A stretch of 63,162 nt of DNA, filler included, from Reticulomyxa filosa (Eukaryota; Protista; Foraminifera), in assembly GCA_000512085.1 (NCBI GenBank). It is 20 parts of 20 records of this genome, joined end to end, with 100 filler letters (N's around TTAATTAATTAA, not from the genome) between each part and the next. Parts side by side here need not be neighbours in the genome. Positions count along the whole stretch, not along the records: positions 11,034 to 14,021 come from ASPP01025841.1; positions 14,122 to 24,801 come from ASPP01007995.1; 18 more parts are not named here. One strand, written 5' to 3'. Shown piece by piece: positions 12,333 to 24,901 of this stretch (position 1 is the first letter of the stretch; the number at the start of each line of letters is the position of its first letter). The position numbers were made by a program, and so were the translations under genes. The notes under the pieces are model-generated. The model was not told the DNA's origin. It did no database searches and saw only the letters and a program-made list of their open reading frames with translations.

Positions 12333-13710
12333 AATGTATTATGAACGAGATTATTCTGATAGTTCAGATTTTGATGTACCTCTTCGTATCGAACCAGTTG
12401 GTCACAAAGCGGTGATGCAGAAATTGAGTTGGCTATATGATTTATTGAACGCATTGATTTCAGTGGCAGACGTATCAGTAACATATCAATTTTATGTGAA
12501 AGAAGGAAGGTAATTTTGTACTTGCTTCAACCATTTTAGCTTTCACGCACATATGCGGTAAAGTTTTCATAGCTAGAGAGTGATGAAGACAAGATAGAAT
12601 AGTGACAAGATAGAGAGGAAAAAAAAAGATTAAATGAAATTACTCCAAACAAAACAAAACAAAGCAAATAAAACAAATGACAGCCATTTCCCCTTTTCAA
12701 ATACAAGGCATTTTATTTTCAGTTATTTTTGGAATTGGCTGCACCACAAGGTTATTGAAATGGATATGTTTTGTGGCATTCATTGGGTGATATTTTTGGT
12801 ATGATCCCAGCGCCGACTATTGGAGACCGGAATACTGGTTCCATTCGAACGTAACGTGGTTCGGATATTTGTATTTATACAAAGTCGTGCTCACCACATA
12901 TCCGTTGGCGCTGCTGTCCGCCATAGTAATGTCTTGGCTTGGATCGGAATCGTTTATAAAGATATTGCACCCCGTCAAGGTGCGCCGCTGCTTCGCAGTG
13001 CTTGCAATTAGTTATTTATCCTTCCAATTGTTGGCCGCATTCGGCGTTTCCTCCGCTTTTATCTTCCTCTTATTCAATCTGTGTTTGGAAGTGGCTATAT
13101 TCATCTGGATAACTTTTTTTTTGCTGTTTACAGGCATGCTTTTTTTTTTCTTATTTCTATAAAAAAAGGATTGATCCAAAGAAGATATACGTATGTGCAT
13201 GTATACATATATATACATATATGTATGTGTGTACGTACGTGACAGTAAATCAAAATTTAATAGATGAGTGTTTAGTCAAGCACTCGATGATTTTTGGAAT
13301 GGATTTTAGATACTGATCAAAGCTCTTGCACGCATTGCTATGAGTGGCTCTGTTGTTATCTCAATTGCTGCTGTTGGCACTCGAATTGAAACACGAAATT
13401 CTGCCATTCCGATCACTGTTGCTTTCATTGCATTGGCTGTTGCTACTTGTGCAATGGCAGTCATCAGTCTTTGTTTACGCGATTTGGACGCACTTTGACC
13501 ATCAAACTCATGTTCTTTCATTACGCACGTCTGTATCAAAGTAAAAATCGCAATGCCAGTACCTGTTCACTTAAATGCTTGATCCAATTTCATTACTTGC
13601 ACGCTGATCAATCCCGCAGACTTCCTCAACATATACACCAAAGAAGGCCCACTGTGTCAAACAATCAATTGTTGTCCGTGAACTCTGTTCAAACTAGTCT
13701 TCTTTAATTT
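12333..13710 (+). pseudogene. Disrupted multi-pass membrane protein gene
   Basis: Hydrophobic segments (WLYDLLNALISVADVSVTYQFY; YLYKVVLTTYPLALLSAIV; FAVLAISYLSFQLL) with intron-like gaps and in-frame stops. Confidence 0.35.
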
Positions 13711-14121
13711 GAACAAGATGAAGGTATTTATATAGTTGTTTATTCACTATCCTCTTATCTAATATATATATATTTTTTTTGTTTGAAAAAAACAAAAAAT
13801 ACATTTACGTAAAAAAGAAAAAGGAAGGAAATAAATTGTACGTATACTTTGTCAGAAGCATAGTAGAATTAAGTGAAGATATTTAAATCCGGATGTTTTG
13901 CAGCAAATGTGATGAATATTTGGGGGTAATCGTAAATCATCATCTCTTGTGATGCGATTGTTTATGGTATAATGGGACTATACAATATTGGAAAGAAGCG
14001 ATGCAACGTGAAAGAGGTTGCNNNNNNNNNNNNNNNNNNNNNNNNNNNNNNNNNNNNNNNNNNNNTTAATTAATTAANNNNNNNNNNNNNNNNNNNNNNN
14101 NNNNNNNNNNNNNNNNNNNNN

Positions 14122-14161
<40 letters not shown>

Positions 14162-14248
14162 ATTTGTATGTTTGGTATACTTATGTGTTGTTGTGTCCGT
14201 CGTCCATGGTGGAACGGGAGAAGAAAAAAAAAAAAAAAAAAAAAAAAC

Positions 14249-15136
14249 CTGTTTCATCTCTTCTTCCGTCAAAGTATTATTGTTATCATCGTCGTCGTCA
14301 TCGGATGACGATACATGCTTGCTACGGGCGGGTCGTCCACGTGCACGTTTTTTTGTGTCCTTTGCCGGGTCTTTGAACTCTTCCTCTTCTTTGTCCGCTT
14401 CTTTTGTGTCTTTGCTTGAGCCGTCCTCAACACGCTGACGCTTGAGCGCTGGCGGCTTTGGATCTGTAGCGCTTTCGCTTTCGCCCTTGTCGTCACTCTT
14501 TGGCGCTGTGGCGCTTTCTCCTTTGTCGTCACTTTTTGGATCTGTCGCACTTCCCCCTTTCTTGTCGTCATCCTCGACTTTTTTGTATCCTTCCTCTTCT
14601 TTTGTCTTCGTTTTACAATTTTTTTTTTTTAAAAAAAAAGTAGATTAAAAATTCAATTGCACCAATTTGGCTATTCATTTTCTTTTTTTTTTTTTTAAAA
14701 AAAATTTACTTTAATTGCTTCTAAAGCGGCCTTTTTGCACAATTCCTCATCGGGAAACTCTTTCACGCAAGTTCGTCCTTTTCCGCTGCCCTGTGTACAA
14801 TGTAGTTGTGTTATTGGAGGCTGATCAGATTGTCGCAAGATAATTTGTCATTTATTCGTCTCTAATTAACTTGGCCGAATCGAATTGAATATGATTTGTC
14901 GTTTGTCGTTATTTCCCAATATCTGACACTGGTTCCCTTTCCCTTTCAAGTCATGTCACAACAACAACAAATTAATGTGAAAAGAAAGCAACAAGCGTTT
15001 TTTCCAAAGTTATAACCAAACTGGTATTTCGAGTCGCACTTCACCCAAGTTTCGTTTGTTCGGACAGTCCAAGAACATTCCCAGAAATTGTTTCACAAGA
15101 GAGAATTGTTAAAAAACAATAAAACGTACCTTTCAT
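14249..15136 (-). CDS. WGR-domain protein, 5' part (continues off the contig)
   Basis: Spliced product: MK|VRLEIP|GKGTSVRYWEITTNDKSYSIRFGQ|GSGKGRTCVKEFPDEELCKKAALEAIK|TKEEEGYKK, a WGR fold (W-E-I, R-F-G, K..GY). It is followed by SATDPKSDDKGE repeats and an acidic/basic linker. Confidence 0.8.
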
Positions 15137-15731
15137 GTTCTTTACACTGGATCTACAAAATTATCAAAATTAGAAGTAAGATGGAAGCAAAGATCGATCT
15201 TTTTTACAGATTCGTTCCGGGGCTTGTTTTGAGTTCTTTTTCCGTAGTCTTGTAAATATTTTTTTGTGGCATTTTTCGATCGAAACGAGTAATTCTGTGG
15301 TAAGACGTACATTGTCGAATCGTAAACATATAATCTATTTTAGTAATTGACAAAAACAAATCTTTATTGCTTGTTGGTTCTTGCAGAACGAATGAAAACT
15401 TATAGTAAGTTTTACCATCTTTTTCCTGAACAATTGTTTTAAAAATTATATTCATAGAACAATGCTAAATTCAATACATTGAAAGTAAAAAACTAATATA
15501 CGCACAAAAAAAGCTATGAAAAAGGGTGTGCAACTATGTTGCTAAGAAAGATGATGTGACCGTCCTCCTTTATCATATGAAAATTGAAACAATGATAAAA
15601 AGATACCTTGCAAGTAAAAACTTTGCATTTCGTGGACAAAAACCCCACGTATACAACAACAACAACAACAATTAAAAAAAAAAGCGGATATTATAGTGCA
15701 AACAAAAAGATAATGAAGAAAAGGATAGATG

Positions 15732-16873
15732 CTAATCAGCCTCAATCGTGCATCCAGTAATTCCACACAAGAGAGCAAGCCATTGATCTCTAGTTTCCAA
15801 TTTCTTACACACAAACTTCCAAGTCCTTTCATCAGTGATGATATCAAAGTCAAGTTTTTTTCCAGACCTGATCTTGCGACAATTTTGTAAGTCGACATAT
15901 CCTTTGTAATATTTGCTTTTATCGTTTTCGAAATAGTACAATTTTCCATCACTTTGCAACATACAAAAGCGCTGTTTCCACGTCTTTAGTTTGGCCCCTT
16001 GCTTTAAAAGCCAGCCTTGTTTCAACACTTGTGGCGCGTTTGGTGTTTGCTCTTTTTTTTCTTCCACTTCTTTGTTTACAGACTGAACAGATGCATTGTT
16101 ATTACCAGCAGTGACCCCTTCTTGTTCCTCTTTCTCGTCCTCGTCCTCGTTCCCGTTCCCCCCATCGTCAGTGGTCCCGTACGAGGTGACCACATTTACC
16201 TTTGTCTCCGGGGTTGAGTATTTCCTGTTCGCTTGCGCGTTATACGTAACGTTGGTTGCACTTGTTTTTGGGTTCACTTGGACTGTTATGTTCAATTGTG
16301 CTGGTGCGGATACACGTGCTTTCTAAAAAAAATAAAATAAAGTTAGTATACGTATTTTTAAAAGTTTGAAACTTATAAAAAAATTTTTGTATATGAAAGT
16401 TTGCGTTTGCTAGTTGTTTTGTCTTTTTGTAACTTTTTTTTTTTTTTTACATTCCCATATATGTATATAAGTACCTTTGCCGCGGAATACTCTCTGACAC
16501 ACTTGTCACATAGCACAAATCCTGGTCCAAGCTCGGTGCTTCGCCAACAAGGCAGTGGGTAGTTGGAGTACTTGCCATATACTGTGTACTTACATTTTTG
16601 ATTGTCGCAATACCATTCCTCATGTGACTCAAGCAAATAGTGCGGTCCTTCCAACGGGTAAGGGTGAAGTGTTGTCATCACACGGAACCATCTTGTCGAT
16701 TTTCTTTCTACCGGTATTTTCACTGTTTCTTGTGTCCTACTTTTTTGGTGACGAAGCTGAGGGGGTTTTTTTTCTTGACTTGAAGAGGTGCCTCCACTTT
16801 GATGCGCTTGATTCACAAGCGTCGTTTGCGTAATGTTATCATAGAGGATCTTATTTGATTTATGAAAAGGCAT
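15732..16873 (-). CDS. PH-domain protein with an N-terminal ZZ/C1-like Cys motif; intron at 16323-16474
   Basis: KQGWLLKQGAKLKTWKQRFCML..LYYF..RTWKF..RDQWL is a canonical PH domain; exon 1 has WYCDNQKC..CWR..FVLCDKC. Confidence 0.85.
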
Positions 16874-17809
16874 GGTATTGACAATTCAGCTATTTACCAT
16901 TCCCAAATTACTTCTCCCCCCCACCAGCTTCTTGTGGACTCAATCTGCAAATTTCAGCCTAATGGTTAGTACTTTTTCGTGCATTCTGATCAAATCTGAA
17001 ATTGCAATTAAAAGATCCAGTTTTTAGATTAGAATTCTTTTCCGAATTTGAAAGATAAATATTACCAAAAAAAAATTACAACTTTGAAATACATAGTACT
17101 AAAAATATTACATAATAATGAACTTCCTTTCAAACGACAAAAATTTTTTTTTTTTTGTAAGCCAACGAAATGTTAGGGTTTCATGAACGTCATAGTAGGA
17201 AGTTTAAGAACCCTTTTTTAAAGTTTGGTTGTCAACAGTTAATTTGTGAAAATTTATGACTCATTTAAAAAAAAATAAATGAAATTGATACCACACCAGC
17301 ACACAACAGAAATGTAAATGATGAAAAAAAAAAAAAGAAGAAAAAACAGAAACAAAATAACAGCGTAAATCTAGTCTCGAAGCAAATACATTTCAATTTA
17401 ATGAAGATATTGCTAAATTAAGGAAGTATTTTTTTTAAGTTATATATACACGTTTTTTTTATGCGAGCTATTCGCATAAAGACATTTTTAAAAAGTATAT
17501 ACGTACAACAGAAAAAAAAACATAAATATGACTAAAAAATATTTTAGTCATTAATGATACTTACCCAAATAAAGAAATTTTTTTGCGATAGTTAACATCG
17601 AATGACAGTAATTCGCTTGACAAAATAAGACTAGTATTATTAACAAACACTGAAGTGTTAGAGAAGAAGGACTGACAGTTGATAATAAGTAATATTGTGA
17701 TCGAAATGACTAAATAAGATTTTGTAAACAACATTGATTGCACAAAAAGTTGTTAAACTCGCAATTCAAGTCCCGATCAAAGAAAAAGAAAAGGCTGATG
17801 CGATATTTA

Positions 17810-18980
17810 TTTGTTTTTGGATATAGTGTTGAATGCGTAGCTTTCAGAGTTGAAAGTCAGTTGGCTATATATGCATTGTTATTTGTCAAAGAACGCAAAT
17901 TCGACATGTTTGAATTAACGAAAAATAACAACAACATTAAACTATTCGTTCGAAGAGTTTTTATTATTTGTTGTTGCAAAGATCTTTGACACAATATCTA
18001 TCGTTTATTCATGGTGTGGTGGACAGCGAATATTTACCATTGAACATTAGCCGATAGTCGTTGAAGCAAAATCTTAAAAATCGTCCAGAAGAGTATAGTC
18101 AAAAAGCATTTAGAATTATTCGCGAAATTGCGGAAAATAATGCTAACTTCAGACGTCTTATGAAGTTCCACAAGGACATCGAACTGTGAATTAACGAAAG
18201 CTCAAAGAAGATAGCTGAACTGTTGCGAGATCATTGAACAAAATAAGGTGAAAAACTTATGTCGCTGAAAGATAGGTCAGTATAATGAAAGAAAATGAAA
18301 TGTAAATATACTGTATCACTGGATAATCACAATCAAATGTTGGATAGTCACCATTTTTGGAAGATTGAATAATATATACTTGGAAGTCCTGTTTTTAGTT
18401 GATTCAATCGACAAATACTCGATCCAACAGTTAGAATACGATTGAAGAAATTTGTTTGCGTAACCAAAGATATTTGTATTTTACTCTTTACAAAGAAGAA
18501 AAAAAGTTAGTTTTTTTAAGTATACTTCTTTAAAAAAAACTAAAAACGTTTTAGATTCATTAGTCAATTTTCTTCTTGTTTCTATAAAACACGTACAAAC
18601 AATTATACGTAAACGAAAAAAATGAAAATTTTGGAAAACAAGATCGAAAAATCATTTTGATATATCGAATTGTTGACTATATGTTATCATTGATTACATG
18701 ATAATACGATTGTGTAAGAATTATGAAGGCTCAAGCATTAAGAGTCAACTCGATGACTCAATACATACGATCAAAGAAGATAATGGGAATAAACCAAACA
18801 ATGTGATTATTAGTAATTGGAAAGAAAAATTTGCGGCATATCCATCCGATTGGACAATCGAAGATTTAGTATGGCTGTTATTTGAAACAGCTTTATTTAT
18901 CAGTGGATTTAGTTTGGAGGAGACAGTAAAATTTGATGGACGTATCCACAAATTGATCAAATTGGGTCTCGCGTTTTTAG
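17810..18980 (+). pseudogene. HSP90: Cytosolic HSP90 pseudogene (middle and C-terminal domains)
   Basis: [32 protein letters not shown]; SKILKIVQKSIVKKHLELF; YCITG; [31 protein letters not shown]. Many stops and frameshifts. Confidence 0.9.
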
Positions 18981-19818
18981 TGACAGATATGATGAGCCTC
19001 AAGAAGAAGATAAAGCGTGTTGTTTTTCCTGCTGCTGAAAGAGGTGCGCAAACTCTAACAAGAAAGGTTTTCGCTCTTTTGAGCAATTTAAAACAAAAGA
19101 TTAATGATTTAAATAAAAGAGAAAATAAACAACAAGATTCAACAAGTGAAAGAGGAAAGACAAGTCTTTAAAGTTAGTAGTGTGTTGTTAGAATAAAGGG
19201 TTCCAAAGTTCACTTGTAGTGCGAGAATTACTTATTACGACATCATGAGTACAAGCGAAAAACGCAGACAAACCTGATACCAGAGCAGAAAACGCAGACT
19301 GGAAAAGGAAGATACTTCAGCAATTGGTGAAGTTTGTTAACAAAAATTTTTTGTGTTATAAGAAAGGGGGACAAAGAATTGCGAGTCGTCTTTGCTTATC
19401 ACCACTTTGTTTTTTTCTTTGTTTAATTTTAAAATTTGTTTTTTTTCGTGACCAAGAATTTTCAACAAGTCTTTTGTGAAAGTGGCTGTCAACTTTTATT
19501 GTGATTACTTTTATCTTATGTAAAATTTCTAAACCAAAATGGCAAGTTAAAAATTGTAACGTTTTTTATTTGTTAATAATTTTTGCCTTTTACTGATTGA
19601 TTAAAGCATAACATTCCTAATTTATTGGAGATGATAGTATTCTTCAGGTTGTGTTGGTTTATGCATTATTGCTTGAATGTTTATGACAAAAAACAATAAG
19701 AATATTATCAAAGGCCAAGACAAACAATCTGGGAAAAAAAAAAGACGATAAAAACAACAGTTTTTCCTTTTCCAGTAAAATGAGACGTATTCACAAATAA
19801 GAAAAGGTGTTTAGTTGT

Positions 19819-22800
19819 TTATATCGATTTATTTTCATTCTCCGGGAGTGTTTCAATATTATCGTGCTGCTGATCTTCAACATCACTTAACGATACTGAC
19901 CCCCGTGATTGCGTTCCCATCACATTGACCACAAGTGTATCCTTTGGTTGGTTGTCAGTGGACAATTTATTTTTTTCTTCAAATCTTGAGATAGAAGGCT
20001 GCGCTTCAATAGTATCGCGAGGAGATATCATTTGTTCCTCAGTGGCACTGGATTTATTATTTTTGGAATTTTTATGTTTGCTCTTTGGTGTGTTCCTGAC
20101 AGAGAGCTGTTCTACGTCGGCCATTTTGGCTTCACTATCAAGATCGACGAGAAATATGTCATCGTGTTCATCTCGAGTTCCCTTGTATCTCACCGTACCT
20201 TCATGGCTGACATCCGTATCTACCCTTTTGATTGCTAACTTTTGTTCTTCAACCAAACGTACTTCCTCGCTTTCATTTGCAAATTTTTTTTTCTTTTTCT
20301 GGCTACCGCTTGATTGTCCAGACAACGAAGGTGATGGAGACAAACCAAGTTTTTCATGAAGATGCAAACTGGCATTTCGAAATTTTATCAGCTTTGGATG
20401 GACCGGTGTTTGTGATGTGGGCAATTTAGATTTTTTGGAAACTTTTTATTGTTTTGTCATGTTTTATATGTTATATTTGCACATCATGCGAGATAGCAAT
20501 ACAACCAAAAAAAAAAATTAAACACCTACCGCGTTGTTCAATAATAAGATCCGGAATTTCTTGCAAGATTCGAAATTTGCCACAATTGTTCAAATGTTCG
20601 TTTTCCATTCGAAATACATTCCAAATACATCGACGAATAACCTCTAAAGCCGCAAAGGGCAATCTCGCATATGGTTCCTTCAGTGGTATTTCTAAACGCC
20701 ACGCGATATCATTTTTTTGTGTGCATATGTGATAACGTTTCGTTTCAAAGACCAATAAAAAATAAAAAATAAAAAAATTGGACATAACGAAAAATAGCAG
20801 GGAAGAGAGCAAAGGCCCACGCAATTCGCAAGAAGAAGTTAAGTATCATAACAATGTAATATACAATCGGCGGAAATCGCATTTTTTTGCGCAGGAACAT
20901 GTGATGAACGTCACGTTGCATCAATCCCCAATCACAAAAAATATCCCAGCTATAGGAATACAACGTAGTGCAGGCCCCAGTCACGATTCTCAAAATCAAC
21001 AACCCTGTCGACGGCGCACTCGCATAGGAAATAGAGATCATTGTAACTATTAATGCAACCAGGTACTTGCACGCGTTCAAAATGTGGTTCCCTCGTGAAA
21101 AGAGATTGTTGACTTGTTGATGCACTCCATTGTCACGTGTCCGACGCACACACTGCCAAAAGCGAATCCAATCTTTGTATTTATTTATTTATTTTTTTTT
21201 TGCGTTATCATCTTTGATAATGTATGTGCACGTATACGTGTATATGTATGCGGATAAACAACGAACAGGGTATGACAACCAACGCCGAAATTCCAGCTTT
21301 AAGATTTTTCGCATCACACACCGGGGATTGTTTGTTAGCCCACAAATCTCCACTGTTTATCTCCAATTCAGAAGACAAGCAAAGCAAACAAATTGCAAGT
21401 GAAAATGAACAGATGAAGAGTATCCGTGTACTTAAATTACACATGAAGATAAAAAAAAAAAAAAGGTTTAAACTTGAATAAGTAACAAAAAGTAAAGCTC
21501 AAATCAACAATAATGGTGAAAAGACTGGTCCATTGATCGGCCAAAAAGAAGTCAATGAAATACACAGGCTGCGACGGGGCCAGGATTTGCCGAATCCAAC
21601 TGCGAAGTAAATACTTGCGACTGGCCAAAGTGGTTTGCCAAGGGAAGAAAAGGCCAATGCCCCACAGGATCATCCACGATACGCAAACGTAACTCGGACT
21701 CCAATCCACAAGGCTGTAATCATAAGCAATGAACGACAGCAGTCCCACCAGCACAAACAGCGAGACCATCGCAGCTAAGCGGAAGATATCCCGAGACCTC
21801 ATTACCGACGCTGGATCTGCTTCCATGATGAAAGGATGATTAAATTTTTTTTTTTCAAAGTAGTATACGTCGAATCCCCAAAGCCATAAGTATAAGCATA
21901 ACAACGACGTAGCCTCCAAACTGTACCATGAATGCTTTACCACGTGATTGTCCCAAAACCCTTCTGACACTCCCCCCCATAGTAATAGACACACGATTAG
22001 CAACGTCACGCTCACGCCTCCATATACACCCACCAAGCAACTGCTTACATCCAATTCATCTTGTGCCGCAGGCGTTCGCAAATGGTCCACCGTCTGTTGA
22101 TCCTTGTCCACCAGTACTTCTTCATACACATCTTCCAGGCGCTTCAACAAGTAATCCTCAAAATATCCGCTGCCAAAGTTGCTCTCTTTAATCAAATCCA
22201 CCACTATGTTTTTCAGATCTTTCCATAGCCAAGAACATTTATCGTGCTACGTATACACACATACAAAAAATTCTTAAAAAACAAAAAAAAAAAAACATAA
22301 ACACAAAACTTTTTTAGAAATTTTGATAAAAGCAACAGCGTTTAAAATGCGATATTTGGATAATTCCCCAATTGCGTGATAAAGTTGTTTAAAATATCTT
22401 TGCAGCTTCGACTTTTCATTGGACAGATTCATCGGCTTGAGTGCGTTCTTTCCAATATCGTTTTTTTTTTGAGTTTCATGGTAGAAATTAAATTACCGGC
22501 ACTGCTGGCCTTTGCTTTCTTGCGATCTAATTTGCTCACCGCTGCTGGTTGTTCGACCTCAGTATCGATTGCATCGGTAGGTATTTCTTCTGTTGTCGTT
22601 GATGTCGCTGCTGCTATTACTGCAGCTTCCGCTTCTGCTGTTGCCGTCGCTTCAGTCTTTGGCGTTGTTACGTTTGACACGTCCTCTTTTTGCTTGCTGT
22701 TTGGTTTCGTCCCACTTTTCCGATCCTTCGGCAAGTTAGGTTCACTGGCATTACCCCAGTCTTGTTCCTGGGGCATTGACCCTTGCATCTTTGCTTTTTC

Positions 22801-23596
22801 GTACTCGCGAACGCGCGCCAGCAGTCGGTCGGTCTTTTTTTTAAAGTTACAACCCCTCAAAATAATCATTATGTGACAACATCTCAAAAAAAAAAAAAAG
22901 GGAAGGAAAAAACTCAATGAGTTTCGTGATTACATGTTTTGCAAAGAGTTTACATTGCTTGGCATAGAACGACGACACATGGATCAACTCAAAGGTCAAG
23001 TGCTGCACAAACTGAGACTCGATCGCTTTGATCATTGGCACGTCAATAGCAGGCATAAACTGGTCCAGTTGTGGATCGATTACTTTCGTCACTTCCACTT
23101 TGGTACTCGCGTTGTGCTCCAATCCAACCATTTTCATCGCATTGCCTTGAGACAACCGACCGTATTTCTCGTCGTTCTCTTTCATTGCACGCGTCACAAC
23201 TGATTGTCGTGTTTCTGCTTTCCCTTTTGCCTCTTCAATCTATTGTGGTATTTTTTTTAAAAAAATATTTTTGTAAACATGTTTATACTAGGTATCCCAC
23301 TTTTGTTGTTTTGATTCTCCATCCCCACATTTTTTAAAAATAAAACATAAGGGGGGTTTTGTCTCTTGCTTTTATTTGTTGGCATAGTTTTCATACACTT
23401 TTTTTTTTTAAACTGATACTGGACGTAAAATGTCACTCTTGTCATGGTGTACGTGCTTATCTCGCTTTAACTGGTGCGAATACTGCTTATAAATGTTTTG
23501 CAACTTCTTCAACACGATTTTTAACCCGGCGAAATCACAATACTGTTCTGACCATTCCAAAATTTTATTTGCTTCAAAATATAGTCCAAACTTCAT
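19819..23596 (-). CDS. XPR1: SPX-EXS phosphate exporter (XPR1/SYG1/PHO1 family), multi-exon
   Basis: Starts MKFG..EW..YCDF..LK; SPX tail [12 protein letters not shown]|HDK. EXS motifs: [69 protein letters not shown]. Confidence 0.92.
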
Positions 23597-24266
23597 CGAT
23601 CCAAGGCACTTAAATCCGCCTATGGCGCAAAAAGAAAAAAAGAGAGAAAAAAAAAAGGAAAAAGGGTCCCAAGAAACGCCTTACCCCTTTCAACAGTTAT
23701 ATATCAACATATAGTGCAATTTCAAGAAACCTCAGCTGGTTAAAATATACGGCTAATGATAAGCCTATGGCAATTAAAACAATTGTTGATTTTTATTAGC
23801 GCATGTAGTAAAATAAGGACAAACAGGGAATATACAAAAACTTGTGCATAAAGAGTCTTAACATAACAGTCAGAGTTGATTGAAATTGAAGAAGGAATCA
23901 AAGCCACGTGATTATCAAAGTCGCATGTTATAAAAATGTAAGAATTTGGACAATAATTACAATGAAGGTTATATAGAGCTCAAAAGAAAAACTTAAAAAA
24001 TGACTTAATGTTAAAAAATTTGGAAGTGTCATTTTTCATGGGAATAACAATACGCTCATAGAACAGCATTTTATCTAATTTTTTCTTATCCTACTGTACA
24101 TCAACTAATTTGAAGAAAGTTACACGCAGTACAAATCCTTTCCGTTTGAAAAAAGAGGTCATTCAACAAAAACAACAAAGAAATCCTAAAAAAAGACAGA
24201 GTGCTGGAGAGAAAATTAAAAAGGGTTCTCCATCGGTTCATTTTTACAAAAAAAATCATTAACAAC

Positions 24267-24801
24267 ATGTCTAACATTGTTGTGGAGAAGTTGAGTGCGT
24301 TTTTAGCAAAGATCATCAAAGACTATAGCAAAAAGCAATTGGATGTCTCACTATTGAAAGGCAGCGTTCAGCTGAAAGATTTTGGTAAGGAGTTGGTTTG
24401 AAAAAGACTTGATGTGTTAGTGAAAGTGATTTGAACAACCAAACAAATGAATAAAACAATAGAGATCGATGTGAACGTAGTGAACATGTATATGGAGACA
24501 TATTTTCCATTTTTGGAAGTGGTAAAATTGAAGATATCAGACGTGACACTGCAGTTGCCAAATTACGTGTTGATAAAGAAGAACGCGACGCAAGTGAAGA
24601 TCGGGCAAGTAGAAATGGAATGTTCTCAGAGGGATTTTTCGAAGCGCCGTGAAGTGGAGACAAGTAGTCAAGATATGTCCTTCCTATCAGGAGCTTCGCA
24701 AGAGGAGGCAACGTAATGTATATATTTTTATATATCAATTCTCTCTGCAATACAAATACGTATTCATTCTAACTAATATGCATATATATATATATATATA
24801 T
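24267..24801 (+). CDS. Chorein_N (VPS13/ATG2/BLTP3-type) bridge-like lipid transfer protein, 5' part; intron at 24385-24462
   Basis: MSNIVVEKLSAFLAKIIKDYSKKQLDVSLLKGSVQLKDF|EID..FPFLEVVKLKISDVTLQLP matches the Chorein_N pattern. Confidence 0.8.
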
Positions 24802-24901
24802 NNNNNNNNNNNNNNNNNNNNNNNNNNNNNNNNNNNNNNNNNNNNTTAATTAATTAANNNNNNNNNNNNNNNNNNNNNNNNNNNNNNNNNNNNNNNNNNN
24901 N

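Noticed and set aside
15204-15455. 83-aa ORF between the WGR and PH genes
   Set aside because: No recognisable motif or splice support; length is compatible with chance.
23905-23910. CACGTG (Pho4/G-box) upstream of the phosphate exporter
   Set aside because: A single 6-mer is expected by chance, and there is no evidence for such a regulator.
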